64,000 nucleotides of DNA from a virus: positions 1 through 64,000 of the IMG/VR virus record IMGVR_UViG_3300034111_001103; one strand, given 5' to 3'. The position numbers and the translations under genes were made by a program. Position 1 is the first letter of the stretch. Each line of letters starts with the position of its first letter. A model generated the notes under the pieces. The model ran no database searches, was not told where the DNA came from, and was given only the letters and a program-made list of their open reading frames with translations. This document shows positions 9,190-20,164 of this stretch, piece by piece.

Positions 9190-9792
9190 TTAAGATACTA
9201 CTGTGTCAAACAATGCTGAATCCATACCTGCTACATAACGTCCAATTATTACTGGCTCATCATATACAAATGTAAAAGCAAGTTTATATGTTTGTAGTTC
9301 TTTGATTGCATCTGTTGTAATATCTAAACCACCACTTACTACCATTTGCAAACCACTTTGAATAGTAGCTGACCCTGTTGTATAGTGATTGTTATAGTAT
9401 ATCAAACCATTACAATCTACATAAAACCATCTATATCCTAATGGATTTTTTAATATTTTATTGTAGTATTCAAAATCTGTATTTAATGTTTTATCTACAA
9501 ATGAACTTTCAAAAGTAGCAGTATGTGTCCATACACCTATTGGCATATCTGGAAGACATGAAGCTAATTTTTTATTCTCACTTGACGGAACTGGTTTTGC
9601 ACCAATACCTATAGGCAACATTTGGATTATTCCATTTGCTACAGCAGTAGTAACGTCTGCAACATCTGTTAAATCTATATTTTCGTTACATGGAAAAAAT
9701 CCATAACTTTTTATACCTGCACTTCTAGTTTCATTTTTACATGAAGTAAATGGAGTTGGCATATCTGGAGCGCACAATGAATTACAAATCAT
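9190..9792 (-). CDS. Putative major tail (tube) protein
   Basis: 200 aa beta-rich, RSAGIKSYGFF start and terminal YKLAFTF strand. Confidence 0.55.
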   Translation of the reverse strand: MICNSLCAPDMPTPFTSCKNETRSAGIKSYGFFPCNENIDLTDVADVTTAVANGIIQMLPIGIGAKPVPSSENKKLASCLPDMPIGVWTHTATFESSFVDKTLNTDFEYYNKILKNPLGYRWFYVDCNGLIYYNNHYTTGSATIQSGLQMVVSGGLDITTDAIKELQTYKLAFTFVYDEPVIIGRYVAGMDSALFDTVVS

Positions 9793-10033
9793 CTTTTTTC
9801 TTTTTTTTAGTGTTAATTAATGGCTCGTCTGTTTTGTTTATAGTATCTTCAGGCGTTTCATAATCGCCATTTAATTTTTCTTTTAGTTCATCTTCCAATT
9901 CTGTAACTAATTTCTTAGTATCTACAAGCCTTGTATAGTTAGGGAATGTTTGACCTAAACTAATCATTTTATTATACTGCTTTTCGTTCATGTTGTGAAC
10001 TTTACCAGTAATATTATGCTTTAATTGTACCAT
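9782..10033 (-). CDS. Hypothetical protein
   Basis: ORF overlapping tail tube gene start. Confidence 0.55.
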   Translation of the reverse strand: MVQLKHNITGKVHNMNEKQYNKMISLGQTFPNYTRLVDTKKLVTELEDELKEKLNGDYETPEDTINKTDEPLINTKKKKKDDL

Positions 10034-10090
10034 ACTTTTAAATATAATATTTATTTTTATAAATGCAAATAATATTTAAAATAAATTTGA

Positions 10091-10960
10091 TTAACAATTT
10101 TTATTAATAATCTCGCAACTTTTTTCAAGTTTAACAATAGGAAACCAAAGCGAACCCTTTTCATTGCCCTTTTCAAATCCACTCTTAACTTGTAGTGTAT
10201 AAATTCTACCATTTGTAGCTGTAATTGTCAAGTTTTTACCAGCTAAAACTGCCTTAATTCTATCAACTTGCCACTCTGGAATACCCCATATTCTCAACTC
10301 ATATTGGTCTATTGTTTTACTTTTAGTGTGTACTATTCTAGTTGATAGACTTGTATTTATTTCATCATAGGTATTTTCTTCTGCAACTCCTTTACGTTCT
10401 ATTACTGCCTTTAATCTCATACAATTAGAGTAAACAACCGCAGGTAATGTACTTGTATTGTGAATTACTGAATAATTATATATAGTTCCATTACAATCTT
10501 TTTTAGTGTAATCACTACAAAATAACAATGTTGGTTCTTCACATTGTACTTTACAAAAACCACCACTCATATAAGTTATAGTTCCATAAGTTACTTGTAC
10601 TTTGAAACAATCTACACCTGCCAAAGTGCTATATGTACTCATATCAAATTCTAAATTCGTAAAAGCTCCAAACTCTGTTAGTAATGAAGTTGCATCAAAT
10701 AATGGGACGTTTGCAATAAATACTTCATTGAGTGTATATAAATCTACACTTTTAACAACATCATAGCTTTCTAATGGTATTTGAAATATAAATTTATCAC
10801 CATCAATAAATGGTTGGCAATAACAAGCACCACACTCGTCTTCTTCATTAAACCCTAATAGTCTGGCACAATCACCAAAGATTAATTGCAATCTTTCAGT
10901 TCTTGAATCATTGCTTGTTTCCGTTCCTACTAAACATAAAGGATATGTATGTATTATCAT
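10091..10960 (-). CDS. Cys-rich tail tip protein
   Basis: 289 aa, ~14 Cys, third gene after tape measure. Confidence 0.55.
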   Translation of the reverse strand: MIIHTYPLCLVGTETSNDSRTERLQLIFGDCARLLGFNEEDECGACYCQPFIDGDKFIFQIPLESYDVVKSVDLYTLNEVFIANVPLFDATSLLTEFGAFTNLEFDMSTYSTLAGVDCFKVQVTYGTITYMSGGFCKVQCEEPTLLFCSDYTKKDCNGTIYNYSVIHNTSTLPAVVYSNCMRLKAVIERKGVAEENTYDEINTSLSTRIVHTKSKTIDQYELRIWGIPEWQVDRIKAVLAGKNLTITATNGRIYTLQVKSGFEKGNEKGSLWFPIVKLEKSCEIINKNC

Positions 10961-10961
10961 C

Positions 10962-12704
10962 TTATACTTTTTTAATTATTACTTCTAAACTCCATGATAA
11001 AGTCTTATCTAAACTACTTGTATCTAAATAAAACTCTGCACAACTAGACCCTGCAAAAGTAGAAGGAACTCCTACAAAATAACTATTGGTTAATTGTGGC
11101 ATAACTGCACTGCTATAAGGGTCGTATTCAAAATTATTAACACCTTGTTTTAAGACTGGTATTATATTAAATTCATCTGTGTCTAACTTACAAATCTTTA
11201 CTTTAAAATAGTCTAAACAAGTTGAATTTAAAGTTACTATATTGTCAATTATTGAAGTTATTACATCGCCCGTATCTGGATTAATTAATTCGATGCTATG
11301 AATTTTTGGAACTGCTAAAGCCATATCATAATTTAATATATGATTTAACGAACTACATTGTATTGTTTCAGTATGTGTACTTGAATAGATTATATCAAGT
11401 TCAAACTCTGCTAATATGTACTCCCCTAACCATTCATTTCTCATTGTGAATAAGAATTGATACGATAAAGCCGTTGTGTTTATAGTCATTGAGCCTGTGC
11501 CAAATACTGGTACTGCTGTCCACGTTCCCAAACTATAAACTGCTGTTGATTCATGGACTACTACACCTGTACTTTGAATACTTAATTTTAATCTTGCTAC
11601 TTTATCATAATTTTCATATCCTAAAGGAAAACAATCTGGAGTTAATACATCTATCTTATTAAAATCTGTTCTACTTACCCTAAACCCATATAAAACCCTT
11701 TCACTCATTGTAGATTCTAAACAAGCACCTATATAAGAATTATTGTAATCACCATATCTAGGTTCAATAGTTGGATAACATCCATATATTACTTCTGGTG
11801 CATTCAATTTTGCACTATAAACAAGCGAACCTGCATCATCATAAACTATTGCTAATATATCTTTTGTAGATGGAGTTAATGCAGTTAAATCAGCTTCTAA
11901 TGTGTAACTACTACCTACATTTGACATTGTGGCAATCTGTGAATCTTCAATTATCGAATCATTAAAACTTCCTGTACTTTCACCATTCTTATTTATTAAC
12001 ATTATTTTTGCACTACTCGGAGTTGTAGCTCCACTATCAAATTCTATAGTAGTTGTAACTGGTGTATTAATTATTAATTGTTGAGGTGTAGTTAAAGTCC
12101 ATCCATCTGTTATAAATGTAGTAACTTCGTTTTCGTAAAATCTAGCATAGGCAATATCATAATCTAAATACCTTTCATTTGCATTTGTGTTTATTCCGTC
12201 AATACTAAGAAACTTAGTAAAATACTTAGTACTATCATATACGCTTGTTTGATTGTTATTATTAGCACTTGTAGATTTATTTTGCAACCAATTACTAAAA
12301 CTATTTGCACCATTTTGACCTATGAAAGTATTTGTATCATCAGTTACATAAAATTTATGTCTGATTGTGAAAGTATTTAAACTATCTTTTGTAAAATAGA
12401 CTTCATAATTTTTTCCTTGATAGTAATTGCTATCTTGCGAACTTCCATCAACTTCTAAGCTCATAGGATATTCAACTCCTATAGTAAGATTACTAGTTGA
12501 TATTTTCCAACTATTATCTGTTGTAGGTTCTATTGGTACATCTAAAGCAAATGCACTATTATATTTGACTATAACATCATCTAAACAAGTATCACAACCA
12601 TATTGTGCTTCCATTTGTTTATTTTCACCTATTGCACAAATTAAATCGGTACTTGAAGTTAATCCGCTTATATCATCAGTATATGCTATGCTTATTCTTT
12701 TCAT
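10962..12704 (-). CDS. Tail tip/baseplate protein
   Basis: 580 aa Ser/Thr-rich beta protein downstream of tape measure. Confidence 0.55.
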   Translation of the reverse strand: MKRISIAYTDDISGLTSSTDLICAIGENKQMEAQYGCDTCLDDVIVKYNSAFALDVPIEPTTDNSWKISTSNLTIGVEYPMSLEVDGSSQDSNYYQGKNYEVYFTKDSLNTFTIRHKFYVTDDTNTFIGQNGANSFSNWLQNKSTSANNNNQTSVYDSTKYFTKFLSIDGINTNANERYLDYDIAYARFYENEVTTFITDGWTLTTPQQLIINTPVTTTIEFDSGATTPSSAKIMLINKNGESTGSFNDSIIEDSQIATMSNVGSSYTLEADLTALTPSTKDILAIVYDDAGSLVYSAKLNAPEVIYGCYPTIEPRYGDYNNSYIGACLESTMSERVLYGFRVSRTDFNKIDVLTPDCFPLGYENYDKVARLKLSIQSTGVVVHESTAVYSLGTWTAVPVFGTGSMTINTTALSYQFLFTMRNEWLGEYILAEFELDIIYSSTHTETIQCSSLNHILNYDMALAVPKIHSIELINPDTGDVITSIIDNIVTLNSTCLDYFKVKICKLDTDEFNIIPVLKQGVNNFEYDPYSSAVMPQLTNSYFVGVPSTFAGSSCAEFYLDTSSLDKTLSWSLEVIIKKV

Positions 12705-14368
12705 TATATTATTCCTGTTATTCTAGCTGTTCTATCTTTAAAATTAAATTCTATACTTTCTATTATTGCTTTTGTTGGAGTTCCAAATACTTTAATCATT
12801 ATTGCACTATCATTTTGGTAAGATAAATATTCAGCACAACTAAAATCAATAGTTAGTGAGTATTTTAACCATTTTCTTTGATACTTACCATAAACTCCTC
12901 TGTGGTTTGGTACATTTCTAGGATTCTCTATGAAGTGGAAATTATCATATAAATTGCAATCCTCATAATTTGCTATATTGTTTGGGAATATAGAAGTAGT
13001 TGAACCAAATGAGCTATACCCTGTATCTAAACTAGCTTGTGCATAATTACCATTAAACCATAATGCACTATTAGCTTTATGAACCGCAGTAGCATATAAT
13101 GAAGCATCATAACGACCTACATTAATAGGAGTATATTCTCCACCTGAATAAACCCCATTAAATCCTGCAATACATATTGTAGGAGTAGAAATTAATGTTT
13201 TCTTTTTCATATCCAAACAATCTTCTAAACTTCCAACTGCATAATCTGAAAACCCAAATAATGGTATCCACGCTAAAGAACAATAAGCTCCATATTCATC
13301 TTTTTGAATAGGATTAACTGGATTATTCCATTCTACAATATCATTGTACAATTCTTTATATAAAGAAACATCTGGTTGGTCTTCACCAAATGGTAAAGTA
13401 GACCATTGCATATTTGCATAAGCATACATATTCCTATTATCAATCTCAAAGCATAATTGATAATCTGTGCAATCCTTCCATATTACAGAATTATAATAAA
13501 AATAATCTTTACGTTCAAATATGAATTGAACTACACCTCCTACACTTTTCAATAGATAATCAGCATTGAAAATAGGTTTTAGTTGTTCTAAGAATTGCTT
13601 TGTCGTTTTAATATACCTATTCTCCCATCTTATTTTATTGCCTATTTCAGATTCTTTTAATGGTTTTGCTATATCAGAGTTAAGCAAATAAGCATGATAA
13701 TAAGGGTTTAAATTACTTTGAAAGCTCGAAGTTGCAGGAGTGTAATTATAATTATCTCCTGTCCATCCATTTAATGAATTTCTACTATTTAATATTCCAG
13801 ATGCAAATATAAAGTTTGGTTGGTTGGCTATTGTAGCACTTAATAAACCACCTATTCTAGCACCCTCTACGTATCTAAAATTAGGACCTACTCCTGTTGA
13901 AAATCTAATTGGGAAATTCAAAAAATGCTCACCTATTATTTTATAAGCATCATAATCTAATACATTATTTAAACTCAAATAAGCATCAGTAACCTCATCA
14001 TATTCTGTTGCTCTAGCTAATATATAACACTCATCTGTACACCATTCTATCTTATCTCTTGTAATTTGTCCTTTGAATATCCAAACTCCGCACTCACAAT
14101 CATAAAACCGAACCCACATATATTGAGCATTATTATCATAGAAATTAGTAAGTAGTAAGTCTTTAGTTGCATTGTAAAACTTAATATCACCACTCATTTT
14201 CCTCATTACTTGGTTACCATCTTGACGCTCACAATTTAATGTAAGTTCTTCAAGTCCTTCAACATCTTGCTCTGGAACATCAAACCATGTAACTGGCAAT
14301 GAAGCTAAGTTATAGACTGGCTTTGCTGTTACTGGTTGTACTGATTGATATGCTAATTGTAACTTCAT
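12704..14368 (-). CDS. Tail hub (Tal-like) protein
   Basis: 554 aa directly after tape measure; GVWIFKGQI and terminal AIIESIEFNFKDRTARITG hub-like strands. Confidence 0.55.
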   Translation of the reverse strand: MKLQLAYQSVQPVTAKPVYNLASLPVTWFDVPEQDVEGLEELTLNCERQDGNQVMRKMSGDIKFYNATKDLLLTNFYDNNAQYMWVRFYDCECGVWIFKGQITRDKIEWCTDECYILARATEYDEVTDAYLSLNNVLDYDAYKIIGEHFLNFPIRFSTGVGPNFRYVEGARIGGLLSATIANQPNFIFASGILNSRNSLNGWTGDNYNYTPATSSFQSNLNPYYHAYLLNSDIAKPLKESEIGNKIRWENRYIKTTKQFLEQLKPIFNADYLLKSVGGVVQFIFERKDYFYYNSVIWKDCTDYQLCFEIDNRNMYAYANMQWSTLPFGEDQPDVSLYKELYNDIVEWNNPVNPIQKDEYGAYCSLAWIPLFGFSDYAVGSLEDCLDMKKKTLISTPTICIAGFNGVYSGGEYTPINVGRYDASLYATAVHKANSALWFNGNYAQASLDTGYSSFGSTTSIFPNNIANYEDCNLYDNFHFIENPRNVPNHRGVYGKYQRKWLKYSLTIDFSCAEYLSYQNDSAIMIKVFGTPTKAIIESIEFNFKDRTARITGII

Positions 14369-17300
14369 TTATCTTTTCCAAGCGTTTTCTTTGTCAATTA
14401 TTTGTTTCATTCTAAAACTTAAACCTCTACTATCTGCATTGAATGAAGCCTGTGGCATCCTATTAGGTAAATCAATTATAGCCTTTTCAACTTGTTTTAG
14501 TCTGTCTTCTAATTGCCCATTTTGATTTACAAATGTAGTGGATAATATCGGATTTAATTGCATTGAATCTAATCTTACACTTGCTAATAAATTATCCAAA
14601 TCAATTTTTTCATTGTTAATTTTGTCAAACCATTTTTGATTCTTTAATGAAGTTTCACGATTGAAAATAAACTCATCTCCTTCCATTTCGTACAACTCAT
14701 TTCTACCTTGAACACCAAACTTGATACCTCCTTGTTCATGTGATGCACCTTTCATCATTCCTGTTGGTACTTTACCACCTTTTCTGAATTGTTGGCTAGA
14801 TACTACTCCAATTTGCACCGCAGTAAGCGCCGCTAAAAGTCCAGTTAGTACTCCAGCTATTATTGGTCCTGCAGGAGCTTGTGAACCCCATTGCGCCCAT
14901 ATATTAGCTATACCAACCGCATTATTAATAAGTATTTCAGCTATTGCAATAGCTTTCTTTTTACGTGCTTGTTCACGTCTTAATTCCTCTAACTTAGCTT
15001 CTTTTTTTAATTCAGCATCATATAACTGTGAATTACCTTTATCTGCTATTTGTTTAGCTTCTGCTACATTTACTTTTTGTTTTTCAATTAGCTTATCTAG
15101 GTTTGCAATATTCCTATCTATTGAGTTAGATATTATTTGAGTGAATCCTAAAAATATATCACCAACATATGTTGCTATTTGTCCAGCTGCTTTTTTTAAT
15201 CCTTCTTCTAATGTTAATAATGTACTTTCTTGTTTCTTTATATTGCTTTGTTGTTCTTGTACACTCTTATCATAATCTTGTGTTAATTTATCCCTAGTTC
15301 TTTTAGCTTCTTTTATCCTTTCTTCATTGCCATCTTTTTCAGCGTCTGCTAATTGCTTATTAGCTTCTTTCATCTTATTATTAAAATCTATTTTTGTAGA
15401 TTCTAATTGTTTGTATGCAAATTCTACAACTAATCTTTGTTCTTGAATAGCTTTTTTAGTTGCATTTAAGTCAAATAAACTTGTAGTTAATCCACCTAAG
15501 CCACTAGTTACACCGCTAAAATCTCCGCCTATACTTGCTGTAGCGCTTAAAAATGCGCTTTTAAGTCTTTCTGTATAATCTAATACATCATCAATATTCA
15601 CATCTTCTAATCTTAATGGAACGCTTAAATCAATTTCTTTTAAAGTTAAAGTTTCTTGTAAAAATTCTATTTCTTTTGTAAATACAGCAATTAAATTTAA
15701 TAACGACCCCGCTCTTTCTTTTTCTTTTTGCGCTTTTTCTTTTTCTTTTTGCGCTTTTACCTTTTCAGCATTTTCTTTTAATCGTTCTTTATGCTTTTCA
15801 GCTAGTTCACGTTCTCTATTTGCATAGAAAATATCACGCTCATTTTCAGCTTTTAAAATTTCAGTTATCTTTTCAGATTTTTCATTATATAATTTAGCTT
15901 CATCATTACTTAATGCTATCTTTTGTTTGAGTTTTAATTCAATGCCTTCTATATTTCTTAGTTCTTCTTTTTCCTTTTCATCAAGTCCATTTTTAAGAAT
16001 ATTAACGCTTCTATTTACTTGTTCAGCTTCTAAATTATAAGTGTCTTTGCCCTGTGCTTTTAGTAATAGTATTTGTCTATTTTTGAACTCCTGTGATGCC
16101 TTTGCAAATTCATTAAGTCTTTTCTGTGCATTGATTTGTTCTTGTCCTATATAAGCTTGGGTATAAGAATCACTAGTTTGTTTGCCTAAGTCCTTAAATT
16201 TATTTACAATACCTTTAAATCCATCATTTAATCCACCGCTTACAATATCACCAATGCCTTCAAATGCAGTTGAAAATGCACTGCTTAAACCTGCTATAGT
16301 GGATTTTATGTTATCAATATTTTTAGATAAGAATTGTATTGCTTCAATTATTAATGCAATAACTGGAAGTACAACAAATAATACTTCTTTGAATTTTTGG
16401 AAACCCTCTGAATTTTCTTCAACTGCTTTTTTTAATTTATCGTAATTAGCTATTAAAGTAGCTATAGCTATAACTGCTAATCCTATACCTGTCGCCGCTA
16501 AAGCTATTCTAAACAACTTCATAGCTCCTGTACTAGCTCCAACAACAAAAGTATATAATTCTAGTGCTAATGATTGCGCACCTATTAAAAATATACTATC
16601 TTTTTTTAATGCGTTTTGGACTTGTTCTAATCCTTGAAGCACAGCCATAGCACCATTAACCTTTAACAATGCTTGTTGCACTTTGTCATTTTCAACTCCA
16701 AATAGAGCAGAAGCACCTTGCAATGATGCAAATATCCCAACACCTAAACTAAGACCAGACATCGCAGTAGATAATAGCTTAGTATCACTACTTAGTAATT
16801 TTATTTCTTTATTGGTATCATTTGCAGTCTTAGTCATTTCAACTAATCTTTGCTTTGCTATAACTAACTCATCACCTGTTAATTTACCACTATTAATTAA
16901 GTTTTTTAACTCATTCATTTCCGTACGGAAAGACTTAGTTTTAACGGTCATTTCTTCCGTTCTTTTGCCTAATTCAGTTGCACTATTAACCCCTTTATTA
17001 ATTGCATCTTCTAAGATTTCAAAAGCCTGTGCATTACTTATTGCACCCTTTTCAACTGCCTTTGCGACTTCACCTGCTACTTTCATAAACTCCTTATCTT
17101 TCATTAAGACGTTTTGAAGCTCATTTGCTAATTCTTTTACTTCCTTAGTACTTGATGCAATAGAAATGTCATTGAATTGCTTTTTAGCCTGTGCTAAGTT
17201 TTTTAAACCATCCGCACCACCTTTGATATTCTTATCAAATTCAGATAGTTCTTTTTGTGTTGTGTTTAATGATAGATTAAGTTCATCAGTAGCTTTAGTA

Positions 17301-17392
17301 GTGTTTTGCATAACCTTATCAAGGTTCTTTGCGCTTGGTACTGCTTCCGATGTATCGAATAAAACTTTTAAAACTACATTCTCATTTGCCAT
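14369..17392 (-). CDS. Tail tape measure protein
   Basis: 1007 aa helical Ala/Lys-rich, TM-like segments (ALAATGIGLAVIAI), C-terminal FRKGG...GASHEQGG...EGDEFI. Confidence 0.85.
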   Translation of the reverse strand: MANENVVLKVLFDTSEAVPSAKNLDKVMQNTTKATDELNLSLNTTQKELSEFDKNIKGGADGLKNLAQAKKQFNDISIASSTKEVKELANELQNVLMKDKEFMKVAGEVAKAVEKGAISNAQAFEILEDAINKGVNSATELGKRTEEMTVKTKSFRTEMNELKNLINSGKLTGDELVIAKQRLVEMTKTANDTNKEIKLLSSDTKLLSTAMSGLSLGVGIFASLQGASALFGVENDKVQQALLKVNGAMAVLQGLEQVQNALKKDSIFLIGAQSLALELYTFVVGASTGAMKLFRIALAATGIGLAVIAIATLIANYDKLKKAVEENSEGFQKFKEVLFVVLPVIALIIEAIQFLSKNIDNIKSTIAGLSSAFSTAFEGIGDIVSGGLNDGFKGIVNKFKDLGKQTSDSYTQAYIGQEQINAQKRLNEFAKASQEFKNRQILLLKAQGKDTYNLEAEQVNRSVNILKNGLDEKEKEELRNIEGIELKLKQKIALSNDEAKLYNEKSEKITEILKAENERDIFYANRERELAEKHKERLKENAEKVKAQKEKEKAQKEKERAGSLLNLIAVFTKEIEFLQETLTLKEIDLSVPLRLEDVNIDDVLDYTERLKSAFLSATASIGGDFSGVTSGLGGLTTSLFDLNATKKAIQEQRLVVEFAYKQLESTKIDFNNKMKEANKQLADAEKDGNEERIKEAKRTRDKLTQDYDKSVQEQQSNIKKQESTLLTLEEGLKKAAGQIATYVGDIFLGFTQIISNSIDRNIANLDKLIEKQKVNVAEAKQIADKGNSQLYDAELKKEAKLEELRREQARKKKAIAIAEILINNAVGIANIWAQWGSQAPAGPIIAGVLTGLLAALTAVQIGVVSSQQFRKGGKVPTGMMKGASHEQGGIKFGVQGRNELYEMEGDEFIFNRETSLKNQKWFDKINNEKIDLDNLLASVRLDSMQLNPILSTTFVNQNGQLEDRLKQVEKAIIDLPNRMPQASFNADSRGLSFRMKQIIDKENAWKR

Positions 17393-17440
17393 ACTTTTAA
17401 ATATAGTAAATTTTTTGATTTATGCAAATTTTAAAGTCTA

Positions 17441-18730
17441 TTAATTAAAATCTAACTTATCTTTAAAATTATTAATTAAAAGATACTTCAAGCAATCCAT
17501 TAAGTGTGAGAGTTCAGAGCCTGTGCCTGTAGTTTTCTTTAATAACTTACCATCACTACCCACTTCACAATAAGTCAAGTCATTTATCATAAGTTTACAA
17601 TTCGGATTTATAAAGCACAAATCAGTATGGAACGCCCTGCTAATTAACTCCCTACTATTCAAATTAGAATGATTAACACTAGGTATTACAAATTGATAAC
17701 CAGATAATTTTAACTTATCAGCAATCACTTGATAATAAGTTATTCCACCTTTACTAATTGCTTGTCTATTTTTGCCTGTGGCATCACCTGTTACCATTAT
17801 ATTATTAGACTTTGGCAGTCTCATTCTTATATGGTCGCATAGTTCGTAAATATCACTATCACGTAAAACAAACTCTTCAATTACTACAATCTTATTGCCT
17901 TGTAATTGCCCTGCAATACAAGTCATAGGGTTGACATTAAAGTCAAATGATAGATATATAGTTCCGTTATTATATTCACAATCTTTTACGTGCTTTTCTT
18001 TTCTGAATGTAGGTATAAATGGTTTATCTACTTCAGCTTTACCCCACTTACCATATAAATTGACATCGAGTAAATTTTGATTATGTGAATAATTGAGCCT
18101 TAAAGTTTCCTCATATTTTTCTCTATCTATAAATTCGTTATTGGCAAATGTAGAATGATTAACATAAGAATCTAAGAAGTCTATTTTTATTTTACTATCA
18201 TTATTTTCATCAAAGAAATAAGTTCTTAACCAACTATTGACATCTACTGGATTAAAGCTAATTATAAATTGATGATTTTTATTTAATGGAGTTCTTAAAA
18301 GTGCATTCAAAGTAGTAAAGTCATCTTGACTACCTTTGTTTATTTCATCCCACCATATAATAGTAGGGTCTGAAAGTCCTTTGGTATTTTCTGCATTATC
18401 CATTCCGAGTGCAGTAAATTCAGTACCTGTTATTAGGTTCTTAAAGCCATAATTTGTTTTATTAATACTAAAGTACTTAGTAAGTCCAAGTGCTTTTAAT
18501 ACTTTAATTATATCTTTGAATTGATTTTTTCTTATGTCACCAAATACCTTATTGACATATACTATATGATTATACTCTTGTAGAAATGATATTGCAATAA
18601 GTTTAAGTATAATATTATGTGTTTTACCACCACCTCGACCACCCCATAGTATTTGATACCTATTTTTAGATTGTAGGAAGGATTTGAAATGTTCACTATA
18701 CCATTCTCGTTTTATCTTGAATTTCTGCAT
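17441..18730 (-). CDS. terL: Terminase large subunit (PBSX-like)
   Basis: Walker A WGGRGGGKT, Walker B IIWWDE, SFNP, nuclease SFDFN and HLMDCLKY. Confidence 0.93.
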   Translation of the reverse strand: MQKFKIKREWYSEHFKSFLQSKNRYQILWGGRGGGKTHNIILKLIAISFLQEYNHIVYVNKVFGDIRKNQFKDIIKVLKALGLTKYFSINKTNYGFKNLITGTEFTALGMDNAENTKGLSDPTIIWWDEINKGSQDDFTTLNALLRTPLNKNHQFIISFNPVDVNSWLRTYFFDENNDSKIKIDFLDSYVNHSTFANNEFIDREKYEETLRLNYSHNQNLLDVNLYGKWGKAEVDKPFIPTFRKEKHVKDCEYNNGTIYLSFDFNVNPMTCIAGQLQGNKIVVIEEFVLRDSDIYELCDHIRMRLPKSNNIMVTGDATGKNRQAISKGGITYYQVIADKLKLSGYQFVIPSVNHSNLNSRELISRAFHTDLCFINPNCKLMINDLTYCEVGSDGKLLKKTTGTGSELSHLMDCLKYLLINNFKDKLDFN

Positions 18731-19053
18731 TATTCCTCAATGAATAAATCATCTGCACCTTTGTTAATTGTGATGTCTTGTTTTGTAGAAGCATTCCACC
18801 CGAATACATCAATTAGTAGTTTTATTGCTTGTAAGTCGCCTTTATTTGCCTTATCCATTAATACATAAGCGATATTGCTTTCTAGTGTTAATTCAGTACC
18901 TCCAACATTACTTTTGACTACTTCTCCAAAGTGATTTAAAGCATCTTTAAACCTAGTTATTCTTTTAGGAACTCTTTTAGCTTCATTTGGTGGTTGATTT
19001 GTGCTACTGAATAACTTACCACCTTTACCTTTTAAATTTTCTCCTTTTGGCAT
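18730..19053 (-). CDS. terS: Terminase small subunit
   Basis: Directly upstream of TerL; ENLK..FSSTNQP and KANKGDLQAIKLLID motifs. Confidence 0.75.
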   Translation of the reverse strand: MPKGENLKGKGGKLFSSTNQPPNEAKRVPKRITRFKDALNHFGEVVKSNVGGTELTLESNIAYVLMDKANKGDLQAIKLLIDVFGWNASTKQDITINKGADDLFIEE

Positions 19054-19123
19054 TTTATATCGTTTTTACATGGTTTTATCGAATTATTAATTCTACTCCA
19101 TCTGTTTTACTTAGTTTTGGCAT

Positions 19124-20164
19124 TTATATTAATTTATCTAACCATTGTAGTTTTATTTGATTAGCTATTTGTGCGGTCATTACTGGAGGTACACTCATAC
19201 CAATTAAATATTTTGGTTCTACATCTTGAAAGTCGTAATCGAGTGGGTAAGTGCCTATTTGGATATATTCGTTATCAGTTAAATAACCTTTTCCGCTACT
19301 ATGCAAATGAATACCGCCACCACTATCAGCAATTAAAGTATTGCTTATTTCTTTTGGGTGTTGTTTGTAAGTTCCAAAATAATGCCCTTTAGGGTGTACA
19401 CTTGAAACACTTTTACCCATAGGACAAATTTCAGCATAATCTTTTATTCCATCTCTTATTTCTTTTCTTTTTACATTTAATCCTTCATCTATTAATCCAA
19501 AAGGTATTGCGTCCTCACTAAACTCCAATTTCAATTTAGGTAAATTCAAATCCTTTCTTTGACAAATAAAAAACACACGTTCACGTTTTTGAGGTACTCC
19601 CATAGATGCTGCATTAAGTAAAAACAATTGTACATTATACCCTGCTTCATCAAATGCTTTAAATATCTTTTTTACATAAAGTTTAGCGTTACCTTGAATT
19701 AATCCTTTTACGTTTTCAGCTAATACTATTTTAGGTTGTAATTTCTTTGCAAGTGCTATGTATTCAAAAAACAAATCGTCTAAAACTTGTTCGGCTTGAC
19801 CCTCTTTAAATACCTTTTTTTTGCCCCAATCTTTTTCACGATTTCCAGCCATTGAAAAACTTGAACAAGGTGGAGAACCATCTAATAAATCCAAATTATA
19901 AAGTTCTTGAGGTATATCGGAACGCTTTACAAATTCTCTTATATCTTCTAAAAATAAATGTTTTGGTTTATGGTTTAATTGATAAACCTTTGCAATTTTA
20001 GGGTCTATTTCAACACCCCCTAAATGATTAAACCCTGCTAATTTATAACCCATAGTAGAGCCACCACCACAAATGAAAGTTCCAAAAACATTATAATCGT
20101 TTTTAGGTATTCCTTTTGAAGGATAGCCATCTGCTAAATTCCATTTATAGGGAAACAAGTGCAT
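19124..20164 (-). CDS. DNA (cytosine-5) methyltransferase
   Basis: FICGGG (motif I), GSPPCSSFS (IV), AENVKG (VI), PQKRERVF (VIII), IGMSVPP (X). Confidence 0.93.
   Translation of the reverse strand: MHLFPYKWNLADGYPSKGIPKNDYNVFGTFICGGGSTMGYKLAGFNHLGGVEIDPKIAKVYQLNHKPKHLFLEDIREFVKRSDIPQELYNLDLLDGSPPCSSFSMAGNREKDWGKKKVFKEGQAEQVLDDLFFEYIALAKKLQPKIVLAENVKGLIQGNAKLYVKKIFKAFDEAGYNVQLFLLNAASMGVPQKRERVFFICQRKDLNLPKLKLEFSEDAIPFGLIDEGLNVKRKEIRDGIKDYAEICPMGKSVSSVHPKGHYFGTYKQHPKEISNTLIADSGGGIHLHSSGKGYLTDNEYIQIGTYPLDYDFQDVEPKYLIGMSVPPVMTAQIANQIKLQWLDKLI

Noticed and set aside
14721-18080. Plus-strand ORFs 14721..15140, 16182..16445, 16683..17117, 17166..17444, 17895..18080 and similar antisense ORFs elsewhere (e.g. 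943, 5450, 6232, 8206, 12427, 44263, 46442, 53968, 59886)
   Set aside because: Shadow frames opposite well-supported genes, with no motifs or translational coupling.
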